Translations under genes and position numbers: made by a program | The notes under the pieces: model-generated | What the model was told of the DNA's origin: nothing | Seen by the model: only the letters and a program-made list of their open reading frames with translations | Database searches by the model: none | In this document: positions 49,396 through 63,149 of the stretch, piece by piece | Numbering within the stretch: the first letter of the stretch is position 1 | Layout of the letters: the number at the start of each line of letters is the position of its first letter | Source of the DNA: Selaginella moellendorffii | Lineage: Eukaryota; Plantae; Lycopodiophyta | DNA length: 64,000 nt | NCBI RefSeq assembly: GCF_000143415.4 | Contig: NW_003314314.1 | Location: 439,771 to 503,770, forward strand | Direction: 5' to 3'

Positions 49396-50884
49396 TCAGT
49401 GTGGCAGAGCCATTTCGAGGATCTGCAAGCTGCAAAACAAAATCTTTTGATAAGTTTTGGAGAGTTTTCGAGTAAAAAAACTTCATTCTTACCTTACGGA
49501 CATGAGAGCCATGCCAATGAAGACGGCAGTGACTGCTCGTCGATGACCAGCGTACTCGAAGGCTAGAGGAAGCATTTCGTGAAGCGTAAGAAAAGCCATG
49601 ACACCGCCGACTGTAAGATTAAAGGACGAAGAGTAAAGTCCACTACGTTTCTGCATTGCAAAAACAAAACGACACAAATCTTACCACCTCCCAATAATCC
49701 TTCTAAAACGTCCGTGGAGAGACCGGAAGGAAAGAGTGCCGCTGGAAGCAAACACGAAAAGAGTTAGCACGCTTTTCTGTTCTTCCTTTCAAGCAGTGAA
49801 AGAATAATAAAATTTTTCTTACCAACAATTATCACTCCGAGCGGCTCCGCGAAGCCAGACAATGCTGCAAGTTTGAAGCTCTGCCACTTGCTAGGAGCAA
49901 AAATCAAAGAGACAATGAGCAATCCTTGTTCTTTTCCAGCACTAATGAATACCTGTTGGTTGCAAAATAAATCGGCAAAGCGACGGCGATTCCCTGTTAA
50001 ACAAACTGTTGAGCAAAAATAAAGAACCATAACTTAAATTACCTCTGGGATGTTGTGCAAAGCAATGGCCAGGGCTAAGCTTATACCAACTCGAATGCCC
50101 TGAAATGTAGCAACGCGTAAGGTTGGAAGTTTTTTCAATAAGCGGTAGTGTTTCATACCTTCATGGATCCAAGGAACACAGCCATTCCCTCAGGAAAGTT
50201 GTGCAAGCTTATTCCTGCCCAAAACTTAACACGAATGTAAACTTCTCTTGTGAGCGCGAGAGAACAAGGAGTACCTATAGCCGTGATTATGCCACTGAAG
50301 AGAACCTGCTTGCGGTGCTTTTTCATCACATCCTTGTCACTGCCATTTCTATCCTACAAATGCCACACAAAGTTTGAAGATGAAAGACATAAGAAAAAAG
50401 AGAACCTCAGAGCTGGAAGTTTTTGTGATGGAAGCCATTGAAGGCTCAGGAACAAACGTAACTATACCAGCAAAGAGCACAACCCCTCCAAAGAACTGAC
50501 CAGGGAGCAAACCAGAGAGAAGATTAGAAAACGAAGAAAGAAAAGAACGACTTACCCAAAGATTTGCTCTAGCAAAGCCAAGGTTGTTTATAGCGTTATA
50601 CATGAGGTCTAGAAATGACAATGTGAGCATCAAGCCTGCTGCGAGCCCCTACATTTGAAGGAACAATGGCTCTTCAAGCCCACAAGGAAAGAATTTAAGG
50701 ATCTTACTTGCAAGAGGCCGAGGCGATTGAGATTGGGAGCCGGATACAGGATCACGAGCAACGCACCTATCAAAAGGGAGGAGAGAATGGTAGCTAATCC
50801 AGAAAAATGTTACAAACCTAGCGCAGTGCTTGCTCCTCCAACCATGGACAGCGCCAGGGCGACTGGAACCGATCCAGTAGCCAT
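49396..50884 (-). CDS. ZTP29: ZIP/ZupT-family zinc transporter, ZTP29-like
   Basis: GLLQGLAAGLML, KKHRKQVLFSGIITAIGISLHNFPEGMAVFLGS, AIALHNIPEG, LSGFAEPLG, FLTLHEMLPLAFEYAG. Confidence 0.92.
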
Positions 50885-52910
50885 TTTTCTCATAAACCCT
50901 AATGTGCCATAAGTTTTAAAATGAAATTAAGGGGCATCAAATCAGAAACATTAAATTAAAGGTTATTAACCATATCTTGCTTCAAACTCATTGGTTTTAT
51001 TACTATTAAATACTATAGAGGCATTAGAAATACTTCCATATACAACTCTTGGGTCAGAATACCTTTATAATAAAATGTTATATAATTTTTATATTAGAAT
51101 TTTAAATATATGATTTTACTATAAAAAATTCTAGAAGATTGGAGTAGTGTTTTCTTTCGGCCACTAAAAAACTATTTGAAATGGCTTTTTGGCAGAGAAA
51201 ACATAAAATTTTAATACAAATTAGTGTCACTTGAAAAGTCCATTGCCAGTAGTGGCTGGACCGACAATTTCCTTAAGCAGCCTAAAAATTAAAAAAAACA
51301 ACATGTGCATGTCAGTTTAATTATGAATTAACAATGTCAATATTCTTCGAATAATACCCCTAACAACTTAAATATACATTGAATTGCCATTGAATCTTTT
51401 CTCTGGTGGGGTTAAAGGTTCAAGGGTTATGCTTAATTAAACAGTCATAATTATTCAAAATGCCAAAAAGTAGTTTTGAATAAAACCCTAGATTGGAACC
51501 ACTTTCGCAACTAATCCATAGTTCTATTTTATAGAAACTATTTTATGGTTTTTAATACTATAGTGAACTTGCTAATAATTGCAAAATATTTAAGACTTTA
51601 AAGTATATATATTTAGTAAATATTTAGTTGTGTGATAATAAACGATGCGAGGTGGCAGAAGACTAAATAAATTGTTTGCACTTTAAAACAGAATACAACT
51701 ATAGAAGCAAGAAAAAAAAATTAATCAAAGAAAAATTAATAAAAAAAACATACATTGCCAATGTTGCTTCGGGTGTGTTTACCTCCCTTTACCATCTGAA
51801 ATTTTTCATCTCACACAGCCTAAATGCCTTGACATAGTCTTTCAGTGGCTACAGCTGCAAAAGAAAAAGAAATGGAAAAAATAAAAAAGCAGCAAAAACA
51901 CCAACTATATTTATAAAGCCATAACAAATTAAGGTCCTAAACCTTGACTGGCTTAAGATGGCGTTGATAGTAATTATTTTGAAGTAGCTGCTGCTGAATT
52001 TCTTTTTAACTAACACAAGATCAAAAAATAAATCAGCTAACAAAAAACAAATCCACATAAAAAACTTTTAATGCTTATACATATGTAATTCTTAAATATT
52101 AAGAAATTAATTTTTATTTTAAAATATTTAGATAGAATTATAAAGATAAATATCTTTTTAATTTTCTCTTATATGCAAAATTATTTATATAGTTATATTA
52201 TTCAATAAAACTTATAGAATATGGAAATAATAAATTAAATATATAAATCTTAAAAATCTTGGTTACTTTTGAGTTATTAGAATTTACATAAGTATATTCT
52301 AGAATATTTCTCAATTCATGATATTTTTAAGTAAATATTTTTATTTAAGAATATTTTCATGCATTGTTCCATAATACAAACTTAATATACTATCTTGATA
52401 TATATCAATAATTATCCAACCCAATAATCACTAGTACAATATAAAATATATAGACCAAAATGCCAGCAATTTAATGGAAATTAAACAGATTTGAATGAAA
52501 AAGCACAATGTGATTTATGAAAAACATTTTTGAGATGTAAAGTAATATAAAATTTTAATAACCAACAATAATTCTAGTATGAGATGATGTATTATTGTAT
52601 ACTCATATATTTTTTTCTTATAAACTTAGCAAAACCAACTTAGTATATGTTTTCTTCTAATTTGATACATAAGGAGTTGTACCATATGTTGTGAATGCCA
52701 CCATCAACTGAGTCTAATTGTTTAATTATCAAACAATTGCACCAATTACTAATCCAAAGTCAAAAGAAGAAGAAGCTATTACTCTACCATGAATATGAAC
52801 AAAAAAGAAAAAAACAAAAAAGAAGAAATTCAAAAAGTTCATCTCCATATATTAAATGTACTAATTATATAAAGGCCTATTCTATAATTTCTTTAATTTG
52901 TATTCCCACT

Positions 52911-54707
52911 TTAATCTTCTTTTCCTCGATTCCACAAACCCACCAGTATGGAGTCTAATATAATCTGTATGTATGTATTTATATGTCAGATATGATGAAA
53001 GAAAAACAAATTCAAGACTCACCTGTGAAAAATGAGCTGCAATGCATGGTAATACAAGCAGCCCACTGCCTTCTCCAGCCTTCAAAGTTTCCACCACAGC
53101 AACGCTAACAGGCAGTGTTTTCTGTGATAAAAAAACTCAACTTCGGAGAAACCCCAATCTCGTTAATAACACTACCTGGCTTGCAACAAGTATGACTGCT
53201 CGAGAGGATGCTTCGTCATCTTCCTTTGAGCCTGTTTTTATTAGTGATACGAGGAACATGTTTACTGCCAGGAACATGAAATGCAAAGCACTGCAACGAG
53301 GAAAACTATAAGAAATCATGAAACCATCTTAAAGCGAACTTACATTCCCAGAAAGAGTGCCGCAATCAAGTTTCTAGCATCCAATTGTAAGAGCAAAGAC
53401 CTCGAAGAACTTATTTGCATCCAAGGTACCTACAAGCAATGGTAACATGAATGCGAAAAAGAAAGACAAAAACAGAGATCGACTTAACAGAATCAATACC
53501 GAGCTAAGCAAGAGAGCGCTCGCAAACGAGATCTCCTCGCGGTGTCTGTCAATGGACTTGTGTCACGACAAGTTAGAAAAAGCAAACGATTGAGGTTTCG
53601 ACTTTAGTACCTCCGCAGGATGATAGAAGCAGAAAACTTCCCTTAGCAGCTTTCCAATCGCGAAAGGCAGCACCAGCGTCTGGACTAAGCTCCGGAAGAG
53701 CTTACTGGCAGGGAATTTGATCCCGAGCTTTCCAATCCACAGAGAAACTGATACTGGCATCTGCATCAGCTTAAGCAATTACTCGATCAAATGGTTAAAG
53801 GGAAAAGCTTGATTACCGTGAAGACTGCTAGCAAGTTGGACGATATCGTGAGCGCCAGTGCAAGTGCCTTGTTTGCTCCAGCAAGCTGGGAGCACATTTC
53901 AGACTTTAGTCTAAAGCTAAAGTCCGAAAGAGCAAAAAAGCACAAGACTTTACCTGAGTGAGCGACACGCCAGTCGAGAGTGTTGTTGGTGCGCAACAAA
54001 AGATTGCAAGGCCTAGCAAGCACATTCGATCGATCCATCAAAGCTTTCAAATCAAATCAAAACTCAAAAGTGATAGAACTGTCATTACCAGTGACAAGCT
54101 CCTTCGGGTTTAGCTTGATTTGCATGACGAGCCAAGCAGCAGCAGGAGTAATAAACAGAATAGAAATCTAGAAAAGAAAGAAAGAAAGAAAGAAAGAAAG
54201 ATCATAGAAAGCAGGAACAATGCATAGACGATGCTTTACCAGTCCTTGCAAGGCAAACGGCCATGCCTCAAGCGCTTTGTTGATATCCCCGTCCTGCAAA
54301 GTAAATCCTGAAAGTCAAAAGAAGTCAACTCAATAAAAGTCAATATGGTCAAGTCAAAATGCCAATGCTGACCAGACAGAAGGAATATGCCCGCGGTGGC
54401 CCATCTCGAGAGGCCGAGGTGTTGAGCGAACTGTCCGGGCCTGGGCTCGAGCATTCCAATACTCATCCCACCAATGAGAGCTAGAGAGAACGAAGAAATC
54501 GAAGTGGAGATGATAGATCCAATCAAACTTACCCAGTGACACGAAGTTCTTGCTCACGATTCGCTTGATCTCTTGTCGAGACATTGATGCCGCGGCAATG
54601 ACCCTGCGATTGAGCTCGGATTGCCGCTTGGATCGCGGGAAAGAGATCGCGCTGCTTGTCCATGGCCGCCCAGTGGCGCCTACGAGTGAAACGCAGAGAT
54701 TCTCCAT
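52911..54707 (-). CDS. BASS4: Bile acid:sodium symporter family transporter, BASS4-like
   Basis: Transit-like N-terminus; KNFVSLALIGG, ATAGIFLLSG, PTTLSTGVSLTQLAGANKALALALT, LVASQKTLPV, LVLPCIAAHFSQIILDSILV. Confidence 0.85.
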
Positions 54708-55245
54708 ACCTAAAAGGTTTTAGAATGCGATGTTTGAAGATTCTTCCAAGAAGATGGTTTCCCAAATTAATTTTTTATTAGCCACTTTACTCTTTTTTAT
54801 AAAAGTTTATTTTGAATATTTTGTCTAAATAGCATGATTAAACTTTTTAGCACCAGTTCTTTGACTACGTAAAGGTACCGATATCTTTCAAGCATCATCC
54901 AAAAGTTCTCGTATTGCAAACAAAAACCCGGATGGTGATTGATTACAAAAAAACCAGGGCTCGAGCTTGCCACCAACGAGAGCTGGAGAGAAGCAAGAGG
55001 TCAAAGTCGAAAATAGATTCAACCAAACTTACCCAGTGAAACTAAGATATTCTCCAGATCTAAGAGATGTTTGAAAATTCTTCCAAGAACAATGAATGCA
55101 CAAAACTTATTTCCTTTGGTTTATGTACAAGAATCTCTCTCGACCGAGAATCGATCTCTCGGTCGCCATCGCCAAGCTTGCCTGCTTCCCCAAAGCTCTG
55201 GCCAGCAAGAAAGACGAAGAGAGAAAAAAAGAGTTCCAGATCCTC

Positions 55246-55615
55246 TCACGCTGCCGCTAGATTGGAGGTGAAAGAGACGCCCTTGTAGCCCTTGTAAGCG
55301 TAGTAGGCTGTTCTTGACTGATAGATCCCGGGCATGAAAACGAGGCCGCCAAGCACCATGAACGCAATCCCTGTGATTTTGGTGAGATCTAGCGGATCTG
55401 ACGCTGCCTGGCTAGGAATTGGCGAGATGCCTACCGTGAGCTTTGTCGCCCCCGACTCTGTGATACATCATGACTAGCCCCGCGACCATGGACACGCTGC
55501 CCAGACCCAGGCACGCCGCCGCCAGGGCGATCTCCTTGACTGGCGATCGGCCATCGATGGGCGTGCCCGCCGGCTCGTCGTCGCCGATGGAGAATGTGTG
55601 ATCGACGTAGGCCAT
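55246..55615 (-). CDS. TMEM230/DUF872 small membrane protein, 2 exons
   Basis: MAYVDHTFSI..KEIALA..HRVGGDKAHG|IAFMVLGGLVFMPGIYQSRTAYYAYKGYKG. Confidence 0.9.
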
Positions 55616-56319
55616 GAGTGATCCCTGCTTCTCTCTCGTTGCCCTAATTCCAGGCCCTAGAGCATATTCGAAGGATATACTTTTACGGCACACAGCTTTT
55701 GACCAGTCAAATAAATATGGGCAAAAGTATGCCTTAAAACTGATATTCTTAAGGTAAAAGATACAATTTCAAATTTAGGGTTAAGAATATGAGCGTTTGC
55801 CAAGGCGCTCGAGGTCGTGGATCACCTCAAGAACAAGGGCGAGAAGCTGCGATCTCCAGTGAGCATTTCGCCACACAGTCAAGGCTCACAGGAATTGGAT
55901 CGTGTACACCAACACAAGAAGGAGTTGCTGAAGAACTTTCACCATTCTGGCGATGAATTTGCTTGCGACAAGGAGGCGTACGAGCTCTTTGCGAGCGCGG
56001 CGGAGGAGGAGGGGCGGCCTCTCTGCCTGTGGGTGAAGCGGATGTTTGGCGATGGTGCGCTCTTCACCGTTGTCAACTACTTGGAGCAGCCGGGATGGCG
56101 CCATTGGCCTTTCTCGCATTGCTGCGAGGGGTAAAGCGAGTATTGGCATCGCGGACAAGGAAGCGAATTTACACGGCTTATGGTATAAACTCCTGAAACT
56201 CTATCATTTCAGCATTTGCCCAGTTCGGGGAAATACTCCAGGCTTACGAGTAGATGAAAGGTATACAGACGACAATCGTGGCATCGACTTCTATGATATT
56301 TGCGTACGAGACATCTAGC

Positions 56320-57510
56320 CTGGATCAAGAAGCTTAATTTTTGTTTGATTCCATGCCGCAGAAAGATGTAATCTCATGGACTGCGCTCCTCGCTGCAAAT
56401 GCCGGAAGACGGGACCTTGTGGAACTTGCAATAATGATCTTCGCGGCCATGCCGCAGTGGAACTTGGTCTGCTGCACGACCATGATCCAGATGCTGGCTC
56501 AGGACCGAAGCTTGGATCAAGCACGCGATATCTTTGATCGATTGCCTGAAAGGAACATCGTCGCCTGGACTGCAATGATCCAAGCCGCCAGTTCCACCAA
56601 GCGAACTATCAACTCCCGATTCCACGCTCTCCACCTTGCTGATCTCTTCCCTCCCGCGAGACGCATCCATCGACGACGCCATCGCTATCTTCAACCGCAG
56701 CTCCCCGCGCGATGCAAGAACCTGGGAAGCGATTCTCTCGGCCTTTTCGCATCTTACTCTCGTCCAGGAAGCTGACAGCGTCTTCTGGATCATGCCACAA
56801 CACTCGACGATCGAGCCATATTGGTATGGAGAACAAATGGTGCCTAGAGGAGGCGGCATGCTCTCAAGGAGTGCGGCTCGGCGCGTTCCAACAGGCAGCG
56901 TCCCTCACCGGGAGAGTATCGAAGAGCGCTCGAGCTTGATCTAGAGTTCCTCGACTCCGACTATACGCCGAGATCATCGTCGTGGAGCTCACAACGTCGA
57001 AGGTGTTCTCTCGAAGGTGTTCTTGGCGGGCTCGACACTGTCACTGGCAACGTATCCTTGCAGAAGTCCGTTGTAGGAGACGAAGTTCCTCTTGGCCATG
57101 GCATCGAAGACACTGCGTGCTTCGGTGTTATGCGTAGCACTGGAGGATGGTGGTTCAAGAGCAGGCTTCCCAGGCGGGCATTGCGTGAAAGATCTCGCGA
57201 GCGGCCTCCAGATCGTGGTCCTAAGAGAAGCAGTGGATCATCGTGTTGAAAGAGATGGCATCCCGGTGCTCCATTCGATCGAAGATGAGCTTGGAGCTCG
57301 CGGTATCGGTTTGAGCGAGGAGAATGATCGTGCAAGCAGCGATTCCACCACGCGCCCTTCGCTTGATTGCTCGTGCTCGCTGTAAACCTCCTATAAAGAT
57401 ATGCAGAGTTCGATGGAACTTTCACACACGACAACAAATACATTCGGCGGACTCGTCTCTCACAAAGTGGTCGCAGCAGTCCAACTGCGCTCCTCTCGGG
57501 CTTCCTCCTC
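56320..57510. pseudogene. Scrambled PLS-class PPR gene fragments on both strands
   Basis: FDSMPQKDVISWTALL, FAAMPQWNLVCCTTMI, FDRLPERNIVAWTAMI; frameshifts; similar remnants on the minus strand. Confidence 0.85.
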
Positions 57511-57769
57511 ATCACACAAAATCATGCAACTAGAAAGGAAATGTAGCAGGATGCAAAGGCGTCGCCAATGGAAAATAAACCTTTCAGACCAAAGATATCT
57601 TGATGCCTTTTTTATTTCACTTTTTACTTGTATATTTCATTTAATTAAGATTCTAATTTCCATATTAAAATTTAAATATGGCATAATATATGGTTATTTG
57701 TACCAGACGCCCATAATACGTTATTAGGAAACTTTGATTTATAAATAACTAAATTACAATCATTTTGGA

Positions 57770-58546
57770 CTATAAAATATGTTGGCATAAAACATTCAAG
57801 TTTAGGGCTGCAATGTTTATTGAAGACCACAATACTTCCTGCATATGTTTAAATACAAGATTCCCATTATTTTGTAATATTAAATTACAACTAAACAAAT
57901 TTTTAGAAGAATAATTTTTTTCCCAAATTATTTTTTCCTTTGAATATACAGTAAGCACACAATCTACTTTTAAAAACAATATATTTTTAATATTAGGAGA
58001 AACTAAAAAGCTATCACTATAAAGAATTGTATTAGAGTATAACACACTAAATCTTAGTTGGCAATAAATAATATCATCGACTAAACTTTTTCTATTTAAA
58101 TATGCAGTTATAGAAATAGAATCATCTGTTTTGAGATTATATTTTAATATATATTTATACCCTTCCTTTTCAAAAGAATCTGCACATTCTCTGTTTATAA
58201 TATCTGTACTTAAAGCTATTAAACTTTGGAAACCATTCAATATGTTTAAGCCTGAAATTGATGCATCTGTGTTTTCAACAGAACAATGATCTTTGCATTT
58301 AATAAATACTGAAACTATTCCTCTTGAAGTATCGACTTCAGCATCATCACCATAAGTTGTTGGATAACTTTCATCATATTTAATTTTTTCTAATAATTGA
58401 TAAAAAGCTGTAATAATTTTACCAATATCATAAGGATTTAAATACCCACTCCTTCCAATAATAGGCTTTTTAGCAATAGATTCATTAAAGTGTAAACTTA
58501 ACATAGTAGCTATAACTAAAATGTATATTAATCTAGTTTTATCCAT
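57770..58546 (-). CDS. Intronless secreted protein with C-terminal bulb-type (GNA-like) lectin repeats
   Basis: 258-codon ORF in very AT-rich DNA; signal peptide; NTILYSDSFL..LKVDCVLTVY..IIW..CNLILQNNGNLVF..VLWSS resembles B-lectin. Confidence 0.65.
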   Translation of the reverse strand: MDKTRLIYILVIATMLSLHFNESIAKKPIIGRSGYLNPYDIGKIITAFYQLLEKIKYDESYPTTYGDDAEVDTSRGIVSVFIKCKDHCSVENTDASISGLNILNGFQSLIALSTDIINRECADSFEKEGYKYILKYNLKTDDSISITAYLNRKSLVDDIIYCQLRFSVLYSNTILYSDSFLVSPNIKNILFLKVDCVLTVYSKEKIIWEKNYSSKNLFSCNLILQNNGNLVFKHMQEVLWSSINIAALNLNVLCQHIL

Positions 58547-59209
58547 TTTAAAAAATACTCATGTTTTAATGTTATATATATGTTATATATATATATTGGT
58601 GGGACACATGAATTTCTCTCAATGAAGCTATACCAAACGTGCTTCAATAAAGATTCAGATAAACAAAATGATGATATGCCAATTGTGTCTATCTTTTTAG
58701 AAATGATTTTATACTTAGATAAATATTATTCTATTAAAACAATTTTTATATATTATATTTTTCCTAGTGTATTTGATGTTTCAATAACAAATTAAGAACT
58801 TAATTTAACCAATAAATTCTAACTAAATAGCTAAAAATATTCTAAATTAATATATTTCTAATTTCAAATATTAAAATCCACTACTTGTTTTATAATTAAT
58901 AATAAATCTTTTTATAATGATATTTTAATAAAAATTATATTTTAATTATAAAGCTTCTATTTAAAATAAATTATTAAAGCACAATTAAAATAAAACAAAA
59001 TATATTAAAAAAATTTGCCTTTATATGGTAGTCATATGTGCCACTAGATATAACATTTTTTTGTTTGCTATAAGTAAATCTGTTATAGGTGGGATATTTG
59101 AGAATACTCTCAGTATATTTATTTGATACTTTGGATTATATGAATTAATAGAATCAATGGATTATATTAATTTGAAAGTGTTTAAGAAATTTAAATTTTT
59201 ATAATTATA

Positions 59210-61270
59210 ACTGTTGTGAGTGCATGGAATATGGAAAGGAAATACAAAAAATGTGCATATCAATTAGCCCAAAAACCTCAACTTATATACAAAAGCAATT
59301 GATCTGGTGTGAGACACAAAATCCCTAGGCCCTAAAGTGGAGCTAGAAGGGTGCCATGTGGTAATGGTAAAAGCGAAAACTAAATGAGCGTAACACATTT
59401 GGATTAAAAGCTCCGACTTGAAAGGTCGAGAGCGGGAGAAAAACTCCTAACGAAGTGCTCAAAGAACAAGCACAAAGTGGGCAATAAGCGAGGCTCCAAA
59501 AAAGGACCCAAAAGGACCAACACATGACATGTGGAAGTGTCCAAGATGGAGTCTGAGATGGATCCAAGATGGAATCCGAGATGGAATCCGAAATGGACCC
59601 GAGATGGAGTCCGAGATGGACCCGAGTTGGAGTCCGAGATGGAGTCCAAGATGGAGTTCGAGATGGAGTCCGAGATGGACCCGAGTTGGAGTCCAAGATG
59701 GAGTCTAAGATGGAGTCCGAGATGGAATCTGAGATGGACCGAGATGGAGTTCGAGATGGACCGAGATGGAGTCTGAGATGGAGTCCGAGATGGACCCGAG
59801 ATGGAGTCCGAGATGGACCCGAGTTGGAGTCCGAGATGGAGTCCAAGATGGAGTCCGAGATGGAGTCCGAGATGGACCCGAGTTGGAGTCTGAGATGGAG
59901 TCTAAGATGGAGTCCGAGATGGAGTCTGAGATGGACTGAGATGGAGTCCGAGATGGACCAAGATGGAGTCCGAGATGGACCTGAGATGGAGTCCGAGATG
60001 GACCCAAGATGGAGTCCAAGATGGACCCGAGATGGAATCCGAGATGGAGTCCGAGGTCGAGACCGAGACCGGGACCGAGACCGAGACCGGGACCGAGACC
60101 GAGACCGAGACCGATACCAAGACCGGGACCGAGGCCGAGGCCGAGACCGAGCCCGAGTCCGAGTCTGAGTCCGAGTCCGAGTCCGAGTCCGAGTTTGAGT
60201 TTGAGTTTGAGAGGGTGAAAGCCCAAAGCGTTCGTCTCCCAGACCTTAGGGGGTTTGGTGAGCTCCAAAAGTATAGTAAGGGGAGGACTGTAGTGGAGCC
60301 CGTTTGGCCAGGAAAGGCTAGTTTGGCCCAAGAAAGCTGTACCCAGTGTTGGGTGATGAGCTGCCCACTGGGAAGTTCAAGACTAGAGTGAACACAGACC
60401 GACAAGCGGGGTAACTTGGTGAAGTGTTCAAGAGCCAGCTCTAGTTTCCTCGGGAGATCGACTGGCCGATGCTCCCAGCCCAAGTGTGGGTGGCACTACC
60501 TACTTGGATACCAGGCGTGGCTCAACAGAACCTCACTTTAAGCCCATGGCTAGAGCACCCAAAGGCAGAAGGCAGGGAGAGTACCCACGAGGCTTGCATA
60601 AGGCCACGGTGTTCTGAAATGTTGCCCCAAAGTCCCAGACAGTGAAAAGGAAGAGGAGTCATCCTATAGTGTAGAGACCAAGGATACGGTCATGTGAGGA
60701 GCAAGTCCCAGAGGACCGTGGGACTTAGTGGTCGGGCCTGTGGGCCTTGATTCAGTGGCAGTGTTGGCGAACACGGCCATGGGCAGAAAGGGACTTGGTG
60801 GGGACCGGAAAGGGGATATTGGGGAAGGCTATTCCCTATGTCCATGGGCATCCTAAAGATGCTAAGGAATGGATCTAGGATGATCACTCATGGACGGATG
60901 GCCCAGTTTTTAAGAGACGGGACTGTGATGTAGGTGGTGTCAGACCACCGATGTGACCAAGGTGAATGGGCACGGCCTTAGTGTAACGGGCTGATATGTC
61001 GGTGGTACCTTAGGGTGTCGGTCATGGGATCGGACATGTGGAGCACTTGGACCAAGTGCAAAGGTTGAGTGGCGGGGATGCCATTCTCGGGGCTAGCAAG
61101 CCCAAGTCCAAAATAGGACTTATGCAGGTTGTGAGTGAAACTCCTCCAAGTGATCAGAAGTGTGGTTAAGTGACTAAAGTAGAATGGAAAAATTAGTCAC
61201 TTACATCTAGATTAAAACCAATCTAACAGTTACCAAAATCCCATTATGGTAATATTAGTATATGGCATCG
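59210..61270. mobile_element. LTR-like repeat element with internal minisatellite; boundaries approximate
   Basis: Abuts Gypsy integrase remnants; has an older decayed homolog at ~17600-19050. Confidence 0.65.
59545..60210. repeat. Compound minisatellite
   Basis: GAGATGGAGTCC/GAGATGGACCC units, then GAGACC, GAGTCC and GAGTTT hexamers. Confidence 0.97.
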
Positions 61271-61299
61271 TAGTCATACACTTGGATCTCACATCATTC

Positions 61300-61852
61300 C
61301 TTTTGGAATAATGGAAGACTATTAGGGTTCTTTTGTAGGTAGGCTGGGATCTGGAGGGACTTCAGGAGGAGGCATTGGCGGATCTATAGTAGTATCAATT
61401 GTTCCTAATCCCTTTATAAACCGTTTCAATTGATGCACATACATAATTTCTGGAGGATTGGCATACTGGATGTCATGCCGAACCTCATAAACTTCTGGTC
61501 AAACTTGCCGCAACACTTAATACAGTCCTTTCCATTGAGCAAGGAGCCCCTTAGATAAACCACATACTATAAGATGGGGAAAACAGACTAACACCAAGTC
61601 ATCCATTTTATACTCCGCGGGTGGACAATGATGAGAATTGTAGCACTGTTATTGTCCCAGTTATACACGGCCTAATTGTTTGGCAGACTTTAGTCGGATA
61701 AGTGGAAGAATGCTTATCAAATACTGATCCTACGACTTAGCATCAATAGTTCGTGGCAATCACGAAAGTAAAACCAATTCCGTTAGTAATATTGGATCAT
61801 GACCATATAAAAGTTTTTATGGTGAAGCACCAATAGAACTCTGCACCCCTAT
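61300..61852 (-). mobile_element. Degenerate Ty3/Gypsy integrase C-terminal remnant
   Basis: SSIGASP.KLLYGHDP and KGLLAQWKGLY.V..V..EVYEV with stop codons. Confidence 0.6.
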
Positions 61853-63040
61853 TGTGAAGACCCCGAACAAAATAAAAACTAAAAAATGCAAAAGACAAAG
61901 AGAAAAGCTAGTGGAAACAAAGAAAAAGCATTAGACTAACGTTGATTCAGATTGTGGAGAAATGGAACAAGGCTAACCTATATATACTATAGGTTGATGA
62001 AGCTCCACCACTCTTGGATCGAGGACGGCCTAAATATAGCTGAGGTCGAGGAGGCACCACATCATCATTAGGAATGTGGCTTGAGAATTAGGAATCGTAC
62101 AGGAAATCAGAGAGTCAGGAATAGATAAGTGTTTCGAGAGTCAGGAATGTGGTCTGCAAGTTAGGAATCCGGCAAGAGTCAGGAATGTGGCAAGAATTGG
62201 GGGATTCCTGACAGCACCCCCTCCTCAAGAACAAGTGGAACGAGGATGTGAACAAGAACGAAGAAGAGGATGAGATGAGCAGTGAGGGATGGGAAATGGA
62301 GAAAAAGAATGAGGATTGGGATGAGAAGGATAGCAGCAGTGGAAGTCCTGAACAAGGTCAGGAGAATGAATCAGGTTGTTCGCAGGTTCCCAAGTGCGTT
62401 CCTCAGGTCCATAACCCTTCCAGTCGACCAGATAATAGAGTTTAGACTGTGAAATCTTGGAATCAAGGATGTTCTGAACTTCGTACTCAGACCCATCCTC
62501 GAGCTGCACTGGTGGAGGCAGAGGAATGACCCGATTTGGAATAGGATTAGGAATATAAGGCTCAAGGAGAGAAGAGTGAAAAACGGGGTGAATTTGATAT
62601 GAGGAAGGAAGTGCAAGGCGATAAGTGACAAGATTAATGATGGCAGTGATAGAGAAAGGACCGAGGCGTTTGAAATCAAGTTTTGGACAGGGCCTGGTGG
62701 TGGAGATATTTTGCCTGAGGAGCTAGACTTTATCCCCGATATTATAAGGGGGACAATCCTAACGATGGACATTGGCAAATGTTTTGTGAGATTCCTGAGC
62801 ACGATGGAGGTGAAAGGAGATGGAGTTGTGGATTTCCTAGAGATTGGAGACAAATGCCTCAGAGCGGGGATTTGAACGAGAGGATTTAAATGGAGAAAGA
62901 AGTGAGAGATTAAATCGGGGATTTCGGGCAAAGAAGGGGGAAATTTGAAGAGAGGAGTGAACAGAGTTGTTATAGGAGAACTCAGCAAAGGGAAGGATAT
63001 CGAACCAATTATCCTGATGATAGTTAATGAAGCATCTCAA
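61853..63040 (-). mobile_element. 5'-truncated chromovirus (Ty3/Gypsy): integrase end, chromodomain, PPT and 361-bp 3' LTR (61853-62213)
   Basis: RCFINYHQDNWFDILPFAEFSYNNSVHSS; EYEVQNILDSK..YYLVDWKGYGPEERTWEP; PPT GAGGAGGGGG; LTR TGTCA...TCACA. Confidence 0.92.
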
Positions 63041-63149
63041 GACTCCAGGCCTACAAGTAGATGAAACGTTATACTGACGACACTATTGTGGCATCGATTG
63101 CTATAATAGTTGCGTACGGGAGGTCTAACCTGGCCCACGAAGCTAAAGT

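Noticed and set aside
55817-56134. 105-aa ORF next to the PPR debris
   Set aside because: No ATG start or recognisable family; probably another fragment
59343-60483. Long ORFs rich in SEME, RDRD or GLGL
   Set aside because: Artefacts of the minisatellite being open in several frames
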